Translations under genes and position numbers: made by a program
In this document: positions 25,496 through 39,189 of the stretch, in pieces
Layout: each line of letters starts with the position of its first letter
Numbering within the stretch: position 1 is the first letter of the stretch
Notes under the pieces: model-generated
The model's input: the letters and a program-made list of their open reading frames with translations, nothing else
What the model was told of the DNA's origin: nothing
Database searches by the model: none
Assembly: GCA_951406725.2 (NCBI GenBank)
Contig: OX597836.1
Span: forward strand, 16,740,001 to 16,804,000
Reading direction: 5' to 3'
Source: Octopus vulgaris
Taxonomy: Eukaryota
Length of the DNA stretch: 64,000 nt

Positions 25496-26841
25496 ACAGT
25501 TGGAACACGTCACAGCAAACATGCTGGCGTATTTCTCGTGTTTCTCAGTAGCACAGGTGTTACTCTGTCCAATATAGATCAACATCACATGTCTATGTGT
25601 ATACATGTGTATGTACATATGTCTTTATGTATATATATACTAATGTATGTGCGTACCTGTGTCTGTGTGCTTATGTTTATGCTGTCACGTGTATCAGTAC
25701 ACGTGTAAATATATGTACACTGTAGACGTGGTAGGGCCAAATGGTTAAAAAGTTTTGTTTCCTAATCACGGTTGTTCTACCTACCAGAAACATTAGCCAA
25801 ATCTCCCTCTCTTTAAGTTCAATTTTCTGCTGTGATACAACACAACAAGCCATCCTGGGGTTTAAGAAGTTTGTTTTGTAATTTTTGTTGCTCTACTTGC
25901 CAGAAACATTAGCCAAATCTTCCCTTAAGTTCCATTCTGCACCGGGTTGCAACACACTGGGCCATCCTGGGGTGGTATACACATGTAAATATATGTACAC
26001 TGCAGACGTGGTAGGACCAAATGGTTAAAAAATTTTGTTTCCTAATCATGGTTGTTCTACCTACCAGAAACAGTAGCCAAATCTCCCTCTCATCTAAGTT
26101 CAATTTTATGCTGTGATACAGCACAACAAGCCATTCTGGGGTTTAAGAAGTTTGTTGGTGTGGCAGCTGTGGTGTTGGTGGTGGCGGCAGTGGTGGTGGT
26201 GGTGGTGGTGGTGATATTGTTGATGTTGGTTTCATGGTTGGTGATGTGGTAATATTGGTGATGTGTTTGTATTCGTGGTGGTAGGTTTGGTGGTGGTTGG
26301 TGGTGGTGTTGTGGTGTCAGGGTTGATGGTGATGTGTCATTGATGATGTGTTGGTATTAGTTTGGTTGGAGTTTCCTTGATAGGTTTGTAAGAAGTGATA
26401 TATTGATATTGGTGATATATATTAGAAACATTAGCCAAATCTCCCTCTCTTTAAGTTCAATTTTCTGCTGTGATACAACACAACAAGCCATCCTGGGGTT
26501 TAAGAAGTTTGTTTTGTAATCTTGGTTGTTCTACTTACCAGAAACATTAACCAAATATTCCCTTAAGTTCCATTCTGCACTGTGCTGCAACACACTGGGC
26601 CATCCTGGGGTGGTTTCTGTCACATATAAGTTGTTTTGTTTTGTTGTTTTTTTCTATGAGAAGGACTGGATAATCCTGTTTTTATTCTGCAGATGTCGAT
26701 AAAATAAACCACTGGGGACAATAGAACAGTCTTGGCCCTTCACTTAAAACAGCTGTTCGTGCAACTAGGTAAAAAGAATTTCAAACTCCACCCATCCCTT
26801 TTCAAACTCCACCCGTCTCCTTTTCAAACTCCACCCGTCTA

Positions 26842-27188
26842 ACACCCATGGACATATTTACAAAGTCAGAAAACAGCACAGCTCCCATGACTTTCGGAAA
26901 CATTTTTTCATGCTAAGAGTTGCTGAAGCATGGAACAAACTGCCGGCATCAGTTGTTAGTTGTCGGAGCACTGCATCCTTCAAAACTTCCATGCTTCCTG
27001 AGATTCGCCAACACCACACCTGATTTTCTCCCCTCCATACACACGCAAGCATGTATCTGACTCATACATTGTTCGCTTTCCAGACATTTGTACATTACTG
27101 CATATACTTTATATGCACTTTCTGACAAGTTGTCATGCACCTGAACACTGTATACAATAATTTCATTATTATTATTATTATTATTATT
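26842..27188 (+). mobile_element. 5'-truncated CR1/L2-group LINE 3' end with (ATT)n tail
   Basis: Reads THGHIYKVRKQHSSHDFRKHFFMLRVAEAWNKLPASVVSCRSTASFK, the typical C-terminal TRGH...FF..RV...WN.LP motif. Confidence 0.8.
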
Positions 27189-27989
27189 GTTGCTGGTGCT
27201 ATATCATCGTCATCATCCTCATGATGATGACCAACATAATCCTCAGTGAATTGATAGGAAATTTCGGGAAATTTCATTTGCTTGTATTCCAGTTCTAGCA
27301 GCCAACTGTGTGGAATATGTCAAAAATTATTTTCTAATTCTGTAGAGAAGATAAAACGACCTTTTTGTAATATTTCAAGAGAAAACGACAACTCGAATTG
27401 CAGGTTGTTGAGATTTGCAACCACCTGATTTTGCCATTACATGAATTCAAGCAGCAAGAAACTGAATTTGAAGCTTAGGAGAGGATTGGGGTTACTATAT
27501 AATCTTAATCTTTACCCTATAGAACTGGCCGTTTATCAATAAATACTTATATACACACTAACTAGTGTTTTGGTGTGTAAATAATACAGAATTTGTGAAC
27601 GGAAACTTTCTGAAGAAAGGGAATATTGTCAGGGGATCTTCATAGCCATTTCAGAGAGACAGAGAAAAAGAAAGAAGGAGAAAGAAAAGAAGGGAGATTT
27701 TGCCACTTTTCAAGATGAGGTACATTAATTTGAATTAATTAAAATACAGGTATAATCGGTACAAGATTTTATTCTTTCTCTATATTTCCTTCAAAAATTG
27801 TCATTGCAAATAAAGTACAAAATTCTTTTGCTAGTCAATGTACCATTTGGCTATATATGTACTCTTATACAATTTAATGAATACATTTATTAGATGACTG
27901 TAGCTAATAAAAAAAAGCTCATTAACAGGTGAGACAAAGGTGAATACAGGTGTGTAACATACTGAAATTTAATATGTATTTCTCACTTA

Positions 27990-29564
27990 CACATATTATT
28001 TGTATAAAATGAAAGGAATGCATGATAGTATTACTATCAAACGACAAAATATAGTTATGCCATATTTCTATCATGAAACAGTGCAAAGTACCCTTTACAC
28101 AAGAGTACTTTTGCAAAATGAACACGTATATGCAGTCTCAACCTGATATTCTGTCACAGTTTTTGTTTTTTGTTGTGAACGCAGTCTGCAAACATTTTTC
28201 CTTCCATTTATTTTTTTCCACTTTATGAAAGTCAATATTTTCTCTGTTGTCATCCACCTCCGTTAATTTTTGCTTTTCTCCCAGTTCTGTACTTTCTGGA
28301 AGAAAAGCCCTCATGTGACTGAGATGCAACGTCAACTCGAAATTTCAAATGATAATAGTCCTTTGTTGGCGGAGGTACCTTGTGGCTTTTTACATAAACA
28401 ATACTTGAATTAAATATAGCTAGATATCTGGGTCACCATCATCATCATCATCATCATCATCATCGTTTAGCGTCCGTTTTCCATGCTAGCATGGGTTGGA
28501 CGGTTCAACTGGGGTCTGTGAAGCCGGAAGGCCGCATCAGGCCCAGTCAGATCTGGCAGTGTTTCTATGGCTGGATGCCCTTCCTAACGCCAACCACTCC
28601 GTGAGTGTAGTGGGTGCTTTTTACGTGCCACCCACACAGGTGTCAACTCGAAATTTCAAATGGTCGTAGTCCTTTGGTGGCGGAGGTACCTTGTGGCTTT
28701 TTACATAAACAATACTTGAATTAAATATAGCTAGATATCTGGATATATCTGGGTCACCATATCTGGAGATATCTGGATCACCATACCTTATATCAGGACT
28801 CCAGTAGTTCCACAGCCAAGGAAGCTGTTTGATACCAAACACAATGAGTAGAGTAAAAAAAAGCTTGCATTTCCACAATATCAGCAGGCTGCCATCATAG
28901 ACAGGTCTTCCACGAATAGAAATATGCATTGAGCGTATTTATATATTTCCACCACAACAGTTTCAAAAAAGTAAAAACTAAAGTTTCAAAAAAACCCTTC
29001 AGTAAAAATAAAAATAGAGAATCCAGTGGTTGATCATCAGGAGGTAGACTTTCATTGTGGACTAGTCTTTTCTGTGAAATTGGGAATTGTGGTTGATGTA
29101 ATAATCTTCAACCATGTTGCCATAATGATTTCAATATCATTTTCATCACTTTCATTTTTATCACTTTTGTGATCAAAATCGTCCTCATCTGACAAAGATA
29201 CATAAATATCAATATCAGATTTGTCTGAAGACAAAATCACTGTTGTTTTCGTTTATATTTTGTACATCATCAAGAGTAAAACATTCGAAGCCAAAATCAC
29301 TAATTGCTGATGCAATATCATTAAAAACTACGATGTACACTTCTCAGGAAATATTGGAAAAAACCAAAATGTCTCAAAAATTTCATCATATTTTCACTTG
29401 AATAAAGGTGGGTAAGGCTTTATCTTGCATTATCTCAAAGCTAAGAGAATTTAATAATATGATTTGCTTATTTTTTTAGCGATTTTGTAGAGGAATGAGG
29501 CCGGATTTGACTGGTCCAAACAAATAAAGGGGAATTATTTTCAGCTGGTCTGGTCACTAAAGGG
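27990..29564 (-). pseudogene. Decayed, internally deleted piggyBac-type transposon
   Basis: TTAA|CCCTTTAG end at 29564, acidic N-terminal remnant (29052-29240), LPWLWNYWSPD motif (~28800-28830) and Cys-rich C-terminal remnant ETAYTCSFC...CF (~28070-28140). The other terminus was not located. Confidence 0.65.
28437..28641 (-). mobile_element. Family-E retroposon with (GAT)n tail
   Basis: tggttggcgttaggaagggcatccagc...ccaacccatgctagcatggaaaacggacg plus (gat)n. Other copies at ~2730-2908, 33680-33985(-), 36187-36465(-), 37620-38015, 41780-41946, 50740-51040(-), 56370-56692 and 57120-57350(-). Confidence 0.88.
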
Positions 29565-30341
29565 TTAAAGAATAAAAAATAAAGATAAGAATTCTACATT
29601 ATGATTAAAAGAAATTTAAATACTTTACATCACAACAATTAGTTATCTATTTACTCACTATATTAAACCTATTTTAAGAATTAACCTTATTATATAATAT
29701 TTTTAAAATTATAATTAATAATTGATATATTTGAATGTCTTTCTAAATTTATGGCAACATCTTATTGTAAAGTTTCCATTAAAATTCAATGAAATTAATT
29801 TAGAAGTAATTGTACAATGGTACATAACTAATAATGTGTGTGTATATATATGTGTGTGTGTGTATAAATGCATGTATATATATTTATGTTCATATATTTA
29901 TATGTGTGTATGCATGTATATATATATATAGGCAGGCATGGCTGTATGGTAGGAAGCTTGCCTCCCAACCATATGGTTCCGGGTTCAGTCCCACCTTGGG
30001 CTAGTGTCTTCTACTATAGCCTCGGGCTGACACCAATGCCTTGTGAGTGGATTTGGTAGATAGAAACTGAAAGAAGCCCATCATATATGTATATATTTAT
30101 GTGTATGTGCCCCACCATCGTTTGACAACCAATGTTGGTGTATTTACATCCCTGTAATTTAGTGGTTTGGCAAAAGACACGAATTGAATAAGCACTAGAC
30201 TTAGAAAGAACAAGTCCTGAGGTTAATTTCTTTAACTAAAACACCCTGTAAGGTGGTGCTCCAGCATGGCCACAGTCAAATGACTGAAACAAATAAAAGA
30301 AGAAAAGATGTGTGTGTGTGTATGTATATATATATATGTAT

Positions 30342-30662
30342 GAGGGCGCGTGGCTGAGTGGTTAGGGCATTCGGCTCATGATCGTAAGGTTGTGAGTTTG
30401 ATTCCCGGCGACGCGTTGTGTCCTTGAGCAAGACACTTTATTTCACGTTGCTCCAGTCCACTCAGCTGGCAAAAATGAGTTGTACTTGTATTTCAAAGGG
30501 TCAGCCTTGTCACTCTCTGTGTCACGCTGATTATCCCCGAGAACTACGTTAAGGGTACACGTGTCTGTGGAATGCTCAGCCATTTGCACGTTAATTTCAC
30601 GAGCAAGCTGTTCCGTTGATCGTATCAGCTAGGACCCTCGCCGTCGTAACCGGCGGAGTCTT
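30342..30662 (+). mobile_element. Family-D tRNA-derived SINE (tail 1)
   Basis: tRNA-like head, tgtgtccttgagcaagacactt body, tail shared with family C; tatatatgtatg occurs on both flanks. Confidence 0.88.
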
Positions 30663-30759
30663 TTAGAATATATATGTATGTGTGTGTGTGTGTATATATA
30701 TATATATACATTGAGTTTATGAGAGGTAATGGTGTCAAAAAGACTCAAAGGTGTCAGGT

Positions 30760-31150
30760 AATGCTGAGTAAGTGCTATGGACAGACTATAGTTAAGCTCC
30801 AGGTTTGGTGATTATGTGAATGAGGAGTCCAATGTAGGTCGAAACAGTGGTTTTCTGGCAGCACAATGGCCATTTAGACCGGCAGCAATGAGTCTTCTCA
30901 TGGTTGTAGGAGACACGTTAGCATTGCTGGTTTCACTTATTTGTGCAGCAATTTCATTTTGTGTCGAGCACCTGTTTCCAAGACTGGTAACTCTGATGAA
31001 CTTATCCTGTGATTTAGAAGTCACATTTGGACGACCTGACTGAGCTCTGTTGTTATTTTTTTCTTGTTTCATAATACCTAGCCTTCACTTACTTAATGTG
31101 ACAATGCTCTGTCTCTTTCCATGTGATAAATTACTGGTTTTGCCCATATA
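30760..31150 (-). pseudogene. Tc1-like transposase N-terminal (HTH) fragment
   Basis: SGRPNVTSKSQDKFIRVTSLGNRCST...MRRLIAAGLNGHCAARKPL contains the GRP and ARKP motifs. Confidence 0.8.
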
Positions 31151-31268
31151 TCGGTTGACTTTTAGGAATTTCACTAATTTTACTTATTTTTAATAATTGA
31201 ACCTGAAAGAAACAATAACACATTTAAGACAGTCATTAAGTGATGTCATCTCAACTGACAGCACATAT

Positions 31269-31655
31269 TGGAAGCACTCCGTCGGTTATGACGACGAGGG
31301 TTCCGGTTGATCCGAATCAACGGAACAGCCTGCTCGTGAAATTAATGTGTAAGTGGCTGAGCACTCCACAGACACGTGTACCCTTAACGTAGTTCTCGGG
31401 GATATTCAGCGTGACACAGAGAGTGACAAGGCCGGCCCTTTGAAATACAGGTACAACAGAAACAGGAAGTAAGAGTGAGAGAAAGTTGTGGTGAAAGAGT
31501 ACAGCAGGGATCACCGCCATCCCCTGCCGGGGCCTCGTGGAGCTTTTAGGTGTTTTCGCTCAATAAACACTCACAACGCCCGGTCTGGGAATCGAAACTG
31601 CGATCCTATGACCGCGAGTCCGCTGCCCTAACCTCTGGGCCATTGTGCCTCCTCC
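31269..31655 (-). mobile_element. Family-C SINE (tail 1)
   Basis: Reverse complement of 48898-49281. Confidence 0.9.
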
Positions 31656-31967
31656 ACAACACATAAGGAGTGTAAATAATCAAAATATATTGCAATGATT
31701 TTGACAACATTCCCAAATAGACTTGCTGTCAAGAAATATGATTATTTGCATGTAAAATATGTATAAATAGTGTTATTCTATATTGAATAAATCTCAAGCT
31801 TTATGCAATATGTTATTCCATATTTTTATACAAAAAAATTTATCTAAATTGATCAATAAATTTTACAGACCAGAAAACACTCACAAAGGTCCTGCAGCTT
31901 CCTACCAGGCAGATCTAAACGTCCTTTATTGGAGCAACGAAGGTAGGTTCATTTAGATGATTAAAAT

Positions 31968-32340
31968 GAACGTGGCCAATGCCAGCGCTGCCTCAACTGG
32001 CTCCAGTGCCGGTGGCACATAAAAAAAGCACCATCCGAACGTGACCGTTGCCAGCTCCGCCTTGGCTGGCTTCCGTGCCAATGGCACATTAAAAGCTCCA
32101 ACCGATCGTGACCGATGCCGGACCCCCCCCCCCTGGCACCTGTGCAGGTGGCACATAAAAAGCACCCACTACACTCGCGGAGTGGTTGGCGTTAGGAAGG
32201 GCATCCAGCTGTAGAAACTCTGCCGGATCAGACTGGAGCCTGGTGCAGCCCCTGGCTTCCCAGACCCCGGTCGAACTGTCCAACCCGTGCTAGCGCGGAA
32301 AAATGGACGTTAAACGATGATGATGATGATGATGGTGATG
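31968..32340 (+). mobile_element. Family-E retroposon with three tandem 5' hairpin modules
   Basis: Repeated gccag..ctggc..gtgcc..ggcac..aaaagc units precede the common 3' part. Confidence 0.85.
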
Positions 32341-32410
32341 ACATTGAACTAAAAATTCCCCTTTGAAACAAACTTTTGTAGGTGGTCTTAAACTTTTGGA
32401 TAGTAGTGCA

Positions 32411-32482
<72 letters not shown>

Positions 32483-32708
32483 TTCTTTTTATATAGTGAG
32501 TTCTTTTGCCATGCATAAGTTGCAAAACTTGGGTATTGTCCCTCCATTGAAGGCTAAAATAAATTACATATAATAATAATCTTTTCTACTAGGCACAGGA
32601 GTGGCTGTGTGGTAAGTAGCTTGCTTACCAACCACATGGTTCTGGGTTCAGTCATGGTCTTCTACTTGTGAGTGGACTTGGTAGACAGAAACTGAAAAAA
32701 GCTCGTCG

Positions 32709-32754
<46 letters not shown>

Positions 32755-32965
32755 TGTGTTTATTCCCTCCAACATTGCTTGACAACTGATGCTGGTGTGT
32801 TTACGTCCCCGGAACTTAGCGGTTTGGCAAAAGAGACCGATAGAATAAGTACTAGGCTTACAAAGAATAAGTCCTGGGGTCGATTTGTTCGACTAAAGGC
32901 GATGCTCGAGCATGGCCGCAGTCAAATGATTGAAACAAGTAAAAGAGTACATATATGTATGTTTA

Positions 32966-33352
32966 TCTTTATATATAAAAGTCAAGTTGTGTGTCTGTCT
33001 CCTACGATTTAGATTCCTAACTACTCCCACAATTTGCGGTGCAGTGTAACCAAAACCTGGTATCTTATAGTCGTGATTCATATCGAGCCCTTCTGGGTAT
33101 TAGCGCGATTCTACGATGAGTCTACAATTTAAAAAAAAAATTACCATCATTTTTTTCCATTTTAATGCATTTTTTCGCTATTATATAAGGGAAGTAACTC
33201 TCTAAAAATGTCTACGATGAGTCAACAATTTAAAAAAAAATTTACCATTATTATTTTTCCATTTTTAATGCATTTTTTGGCTATAACTCTCTAAAAATGC
33301 TTATATAGTTATTTCCCTTACAAATCCGAGCAATGCCGGGCGATACTGCTAG
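32966..33352 (+). mobile_element. Non-autonomous Helitron-like element
   Basis: A|TC start, GC-rich subterminal imperfect hairpin tccgagcaatgccggg, CTAG|T end, no TSD. Confidence 0.75.
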
Positions 33353-35547
33353 TTTATCTATAGAGAGAAAGAGAAATGGAGGCAGACAAAGAGGAAGATA
33401 GATTGTCCAATAAATGATGCAATCTACTTAACTTGTTATACGTGACACGTCTCACAGAAGCAATTAAAAGAGTTATTGTGAATGAGTTTGACATCAGACA
33501 AAATTCAGTTTCCATTGTTTTTCAGACTGAAGTCAGAAAAACTGGATCACTGTTAGTGACGGATGCTGGAAGGAAGTTGTGGTTATCAGTACCGGAAATA
33601 TTCTTGTTGTTCAGTTCCTGGTTTAATGTTCACTAAGCAGATGGACAGATTTAGAAGCAGTTAAGCTGTGATCCACCCATCATCATCATCATCATCATCG
33701 TTTAACGTCCGTTCTCCATGCTAGCATGGGTTGGACGGTTCGACCGGGGATCTGGGAAGCCAGAAGGTTGCACCAGGCTCCAGTCTGATCTGGCAGTGTT
33801 TCTACAGCTGGATGCCCTTCCTAACGCCAACCACTTCGTGAGTGTAGTGGGTGCTTTTTACGTGCCACCTGCACAGGTGCCAGGTGAGGCTGGCAACGGC
33901 CACGGTCAGATTGGTGTATTTTATGTGCCACCGGCACAGAAGCCAGTGGAGGCAGCGCTGGCATCGGCCACGAGTCGGATAGTGGTTCAATTCGATTTCG
34001 ACGTTTTTGTTAATTCATCTTAGATTTATTTAGGTCTGTCGGGCTTTGCCGAAGAAGTTAACCCTGGTCCAGGAATGGGAACCATGATCTTAAAGAGACT
34101 CAAACATAGGTCTCATGCACTAGGAATCACGAGGTCAAAGTATTACCCTTTCTCTATGGTGTATTAGTGACAGAGATTACAACACTCCCTCACCCCTGGA
34201 TGGAACGCCACTCCATTGCAAGGTTAACTTACCAGTTATTGTTGGAACTCATTTTACAGATGAGTGGAGCTGGAACAATGTGAAATTAAGTGTTTTGTTT
34301 AAGAATGCAATGGACTGCTTGGACTGAGGATTGAAATCACAATCTCGAGGAAACTAAAATTTAAGTTTGTCATGAACCCTTGGTTATGGACTTATAAGGT
34401 TAGAGCTTAACTCAATTTATATATAAACGATGCTGATCTCTCACAAGGTATTTAAATGATGTATATAAATGATGCATGGTATATAAATAATGCAAGGCGG
34501 CAAGCTGGCAGAATCGTTAGCACACCGGGCGAAATGCTTAGCGGTTTTTCGTCTGCCGCTACGTTCTGAGTTCAAATTCCGCCGAGGTCGACTTTGCCTT
34601 TCATCCTTTCGGGGCCAATTAAATAGGTACCAGTTATGCACTGGGGTTGATATAATCGACTTAATCTGTTTGTCCTCTCTGTGTTTAGCCCCTTGTGGGT
34701 AGTAAAAAAATAAGTATATAAATAATGCTGATCTCTCACAAGGTATTTAAATGATGTATATAAATGATGCATGGTATATAAATAATCGTTCAAGGCGGCG
34801 AGCTGGCAGAATCTGTTTGCACACCCTTGTGGGTAGTAAAGAAATAGGTTTTTCGTCTGCCGCTACGTTCTGAGTTCAAATTCCGCCGAGGTCGACTTTG
34901 CCTTTCATCCTTTCGGGGTCGATTAAATAAGTACCAATTACGCACTGGAATCGATATAATCGACTTAATCTGTTTGTCTGTCCTTGTTTGTTCCCTCTGT
35001 GTTTAGCCCCTTGTGGGTAATAAAAAAATAGGTATATAAATAATGCTGATCTCTCACAGGGTCTACTTCCAAGTTATTGTTGCTATTAATTTTACAGCTG
35101 AGTGGGACCGGGGCAACATGGAACGAAGTGTTTCACTCAAGGACACAATGCACTGCTAGGCCTGGGAATTGAAACCACAAACTTATGATCTTAAGGGGAT
35201 TTAGACTTACGTGTATTGTGGGATCTAGGACTCAAAAGGCTATGGTGGAACCTGCTTTTCATGGCATATAAGTAACTGACATTACAACACTCCCTACTGG
35301 ATGGAACGCCAGTCCATCACAGGGTTAACTTCCCAGCTATTACTAGAATTCACTCACAACTGAGTGGAGTGGAGTAACATGCAATGAAGTGTTTTACTCA
35401 AGAACACAAATAGATCACCCAGTCAGGGAACTGAAACCACAATCTCACAATCTTAAAGAGACTTAGACTTAGGTTTGTTGTGTGCCCTCAGACTAATTGG
35501 GCCACAGCTTAACCCAGTTTTCATATTTATAAATGACTGATGTTACA

Positions 35548-35932
35548 TGGAAGCCCTCTGTCGGTTACGACAACGAGGGTTCCGGTTGATCCGAATCAAC
35601 GGAACAGCCTGCTCGTGAAATTAACGTGTAAGTGGCTGAGCACTCCACAGACACGTGCACCCTTAACGTAGTTCTCGGGGATATTCAGCGTGACACAGAG
35701 AGTGACAAGGCCAGCCCCTTGAAATACAGGTACAACAGAAACAGGAAGTAAGAGTGAGAGAATGTTGTGGTGAAAGAGTACAGCAGGGATCACCACCATC
35801 CCCTGCCGGAGCCTCGTGGAGCTTTTAGGTGTTTTCGCTCAATAAACACTCACAACACCCGGTCTGGGAATCGAAACCGCGATCCTATGACCGCGAGTCC
35901 GCTGCCCTAACCACTGGGCCATTGCGCCTCCA
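35548..35932 (-). mobile_element. Family-C SINE (tail 1)
   Basis: Matches 31269-31655; actgatgttaca occurs on both flanks. Confidence 0.9.
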
Positions 35933-37014
35933 CCACTGATGTTACAACACTTCCCCTGAATGGAACACTAGTCCATTGCAGGGTTAACTTCCCCACCATT
36001 GCTGGAATTCATGTACAGCTGATTGAAGTGGAGTAACATGAAATGAGGTGTTTTGCTCAGAAATACAATAGACTGCCTGGTTGGAGAATTGAAACCAGGA
36101 TCTTATGATCATGAGTACAACACCCTAACCACTAAACCATGCAACTTCACATCAAGGACAATATTTTCTAATCTGTCCTTCCTTTCATCATCATCATCAT
36201 CATCGTTTAATGTCCGTTCTCCATGCTAGCATGGGTTGGACGGTTCGACCGGGGATCTGGGAAGCCAGAAGGCTGCACCAGGCTCCAGTGTTATCTGGCA
36301 ATGTTTCTACAGCTGGATGCCCTTCCTAACGCCAACCACTCCGTGAGTGTAGTGGGTGCGTTTTACGTGCCACCTGCACAGGTGCCAGGCGAGGCTGGCA
36401 ACGGCCACGGTCGGATTGGTGTATTTTATGTGCCACCGGCACGGAAGCCAGTCGAGGCGGCGCTCTGTATAAAAACAATTGAGTTGCTTTCATGAGGATT
36501 TAACTGCTATTTCAAGCCAGTTGAGTGACCGCATTGACATGTCATTGACTTTCAAGTACAGACATTGTTGGAGAAGGTGCGCTGTAGTTGCTATAGTATA
36601 ACGGGAATGTTATAAGATATCATGTGACGCAAAACAAAACAAGAAAAAAAAACAACCCAGCACACCTCATTTGACCAGTTAAAAATAGAAGTCAAAACTT
36701 TAAGCTACAACACTCTGTTATAACTTTTCTTGATACCAAACCAACTTTGTGTTAAAACTTTCTTCTATCAAAATTTCTTGTTAGTTTACATCCCAAACAC
36801 CAGCTAACAATCCTTACTACTCTTTTACTTGTTTCAGTCATCTGACTGTGGCCATGATGGAGCACTGCCTTTAGTCAAGCAAATCGACCCCAGGACTTAT
36901 TCTTTGTAAGTCTGGTACTTATTCTATCAGTCTCTTTTGCTGAACTGTTAAGTTCAGCATCGGTTGTCAAGCGATGTTCAGGGGACAAATGCAGACACAA
37001 ACATACACACACAC

Positions 37015-37058
<44 letters not shown>

Positions 37059-37241
37059 TCATCATCATCATCATCATCGTTTAACGTCCGTTCTCCATGC
37101 TAGCATGGGTTGAAAGTGCTAATAATCTGAATGATATGCTGAATGCACCATGGCTCCAGTATATATATGTAAAAAATGTAATATATAAATAAATGGATCT
37201 ATAAATATGAACCATCCGATCTTCTGATGTACCTGCATTTC

Positions 37242-37299
<58 letters not shown>

Positions 37300-37479
37300 C
37301 ACATACATACGACAGGCTTCTTTCAGTTTCCGTCTACCAAATCCATTCACAAGGCTTTGGTCGGCCCGGTGTATTTTGCAACACATCTAAGATTTTCCCT
37401 GGTCGTATGATACAAACCTCCTATTTTAATGAAATCTAAATAAAAAATTTCATGTTAATTCATACTCCAAACACTTAGC

Positions 37480-37600
37480 TCAGTGGTTCTCAACTGAGGT
37501 CCATTTGGCCCCTGGCGGTCCATATAAGAGTTTTGGGGATCCATGCAACAAAATAGTAAATTAGGGATCCACAATAGTATTTTAAGGGTCTCTGAAAAAA
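37480..37600. mobile_element. hAT/Charlie-like MITE end fragment (related copy ~21470-21560)
   Basis: CAGTGGTTCTCAAC terminus; sequence shared between the two loci. Confidence 0.55.
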
Positions 37601-38763
37601 TTTCGCTAACCAAATTCGATGATTGGCACCCGTGCCAGTGGTGTGCTAACAGCTCTATCCGAGCGGGGTCACTGCCAGAGCAGCTGTCTGGTTTCTGTGC
37701 TGGTGGGCATGCAAAAAGCACCATTTGAGCATGATCGTTACCAGCGTTGCCTTACTGTACTTGTGCCGGTGGCACATGAACAAAACGTTCGAGCGAGGTC
37801 GATGCCAGTGCTGTTGGACTGACTCCTGTGCCGGTGGCATGTAAAAGCACCCACTACACTCTCAGAGTGGTTGGCGTTAGGAAGGGCATCCAGCTGTAGA
37901 AACTCTGCCAGATCAGATTGGAGCCTGGCACAGTCATCTGGTTCGCCAGACCTCAGTCAAATTGTCCAACCCATTCTAGCATGGAAAGTGGACGTTAAAT
38001 GATGATGATGATGATGTATGTATTGGTATATATTGTAAGAAACATTTAGGTTTCTTTCTCCAACATTTTATGTAGTTTAACCTACACAAGTTAATGTGGG
38101 AAAATTATTCTTTCTCTTTTACTTGTTTCAGTCATTTGACTGCGGCCATGCTGGAGCACCGCCTTTAATCGAGCAACTCAACCCCGGGACTTATTCTTTG
38201 TAAGCCCAGTACTTATCCTATTGGTCTCTTTTGCCGAACTGCTAAGATACGGGGACGTAAACACACCAGCATCGGTTGTCAAGCAATGTTGGGGGGACAA
38301 ACACAGACACACAAACATATACATACACATGCATATATATATATATATATACATATATACGACGGGCTTCTTTCCGTTTCCGTCTACCAAATCCACTCAC
38401 AAGGCTTTGGTCGGCCCGAGGCTATAGCAGAAGACACTTGCCCAAGGTGCCACGCAGTGGGACTGAACCCGGAACCATGTGGTTGGTAAGCAAGCTACTT
38501 ACCACACAGCCACTCCTGCGCCTATCTATGTGTTAGATATTATCATATTGTTCCTCTATTGTTCTTATTACTTTTCAGTAGTGGATGACAAGACTTTTGG
38601 ACCACCCTATACAATCATGTAGGGCAGAGGTGATGAAGAACTACAATATCTTTGGAATTAATCTGATTTCTTTTTCATAAGAAAGTCTCAAACAGGGTGA
38701 GAAGTCACTTAGTGTAAGGGACTGTGAAGAAGGAGAAATTAAGATGAAAGGAATTAATTTATC

Positions 38764-39189
38764 GGATCTTTTCGGTTTGAAAGGCAGTTTTTTTTCTAGC
38801 GGTGTCGTATGAAATTGTCACCCATAATTATGACCCTAGTATCGATCTATTGCATTTCAATCTGTTTTAGGGTTAGGGTTTGGGGTGGGGGTTTGGGGAA
38901 GGTATCTTTTTTTCTTCACAAATGTAAATAAACCCAATCTGTTTCTTAAACGAGGGACACATTCATACAGCACAGAATGTTTTTTTTTACCTCAATGGAC
39001 GTCAGTGATTGGTTGAAATTGCAGAAATTGAAGAAAAAAACAACAGATATCTTACAAACTATAGAATTTTCTCAATAAAGCCAAGAGAAAAAGATGTTTT
39101 ATAAACACATTCTACCAGTATACGAAGTTTAAAAGTGTTTAGTTACCTAGAAATTATGTTAAAAACTGCCATTCAAACCGAAAAGATCC
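38764..39189. mobile_element. GGATC-TIR MITE copy ~670 bp upstream of the CHERP ATG
   Basis: Same TIRs; internal ttagggttagggtt. Confidence 0.92.

Noticed and set aside
24311-25708. Gly-rich/Val-rich/His-rich ORFs (GGGIDVAGGG repeats)
   Set aside because: Several frames are open simply because degenerate (GGT)n lacks stops; the repeat shifts frame and no splice or start context is evident.
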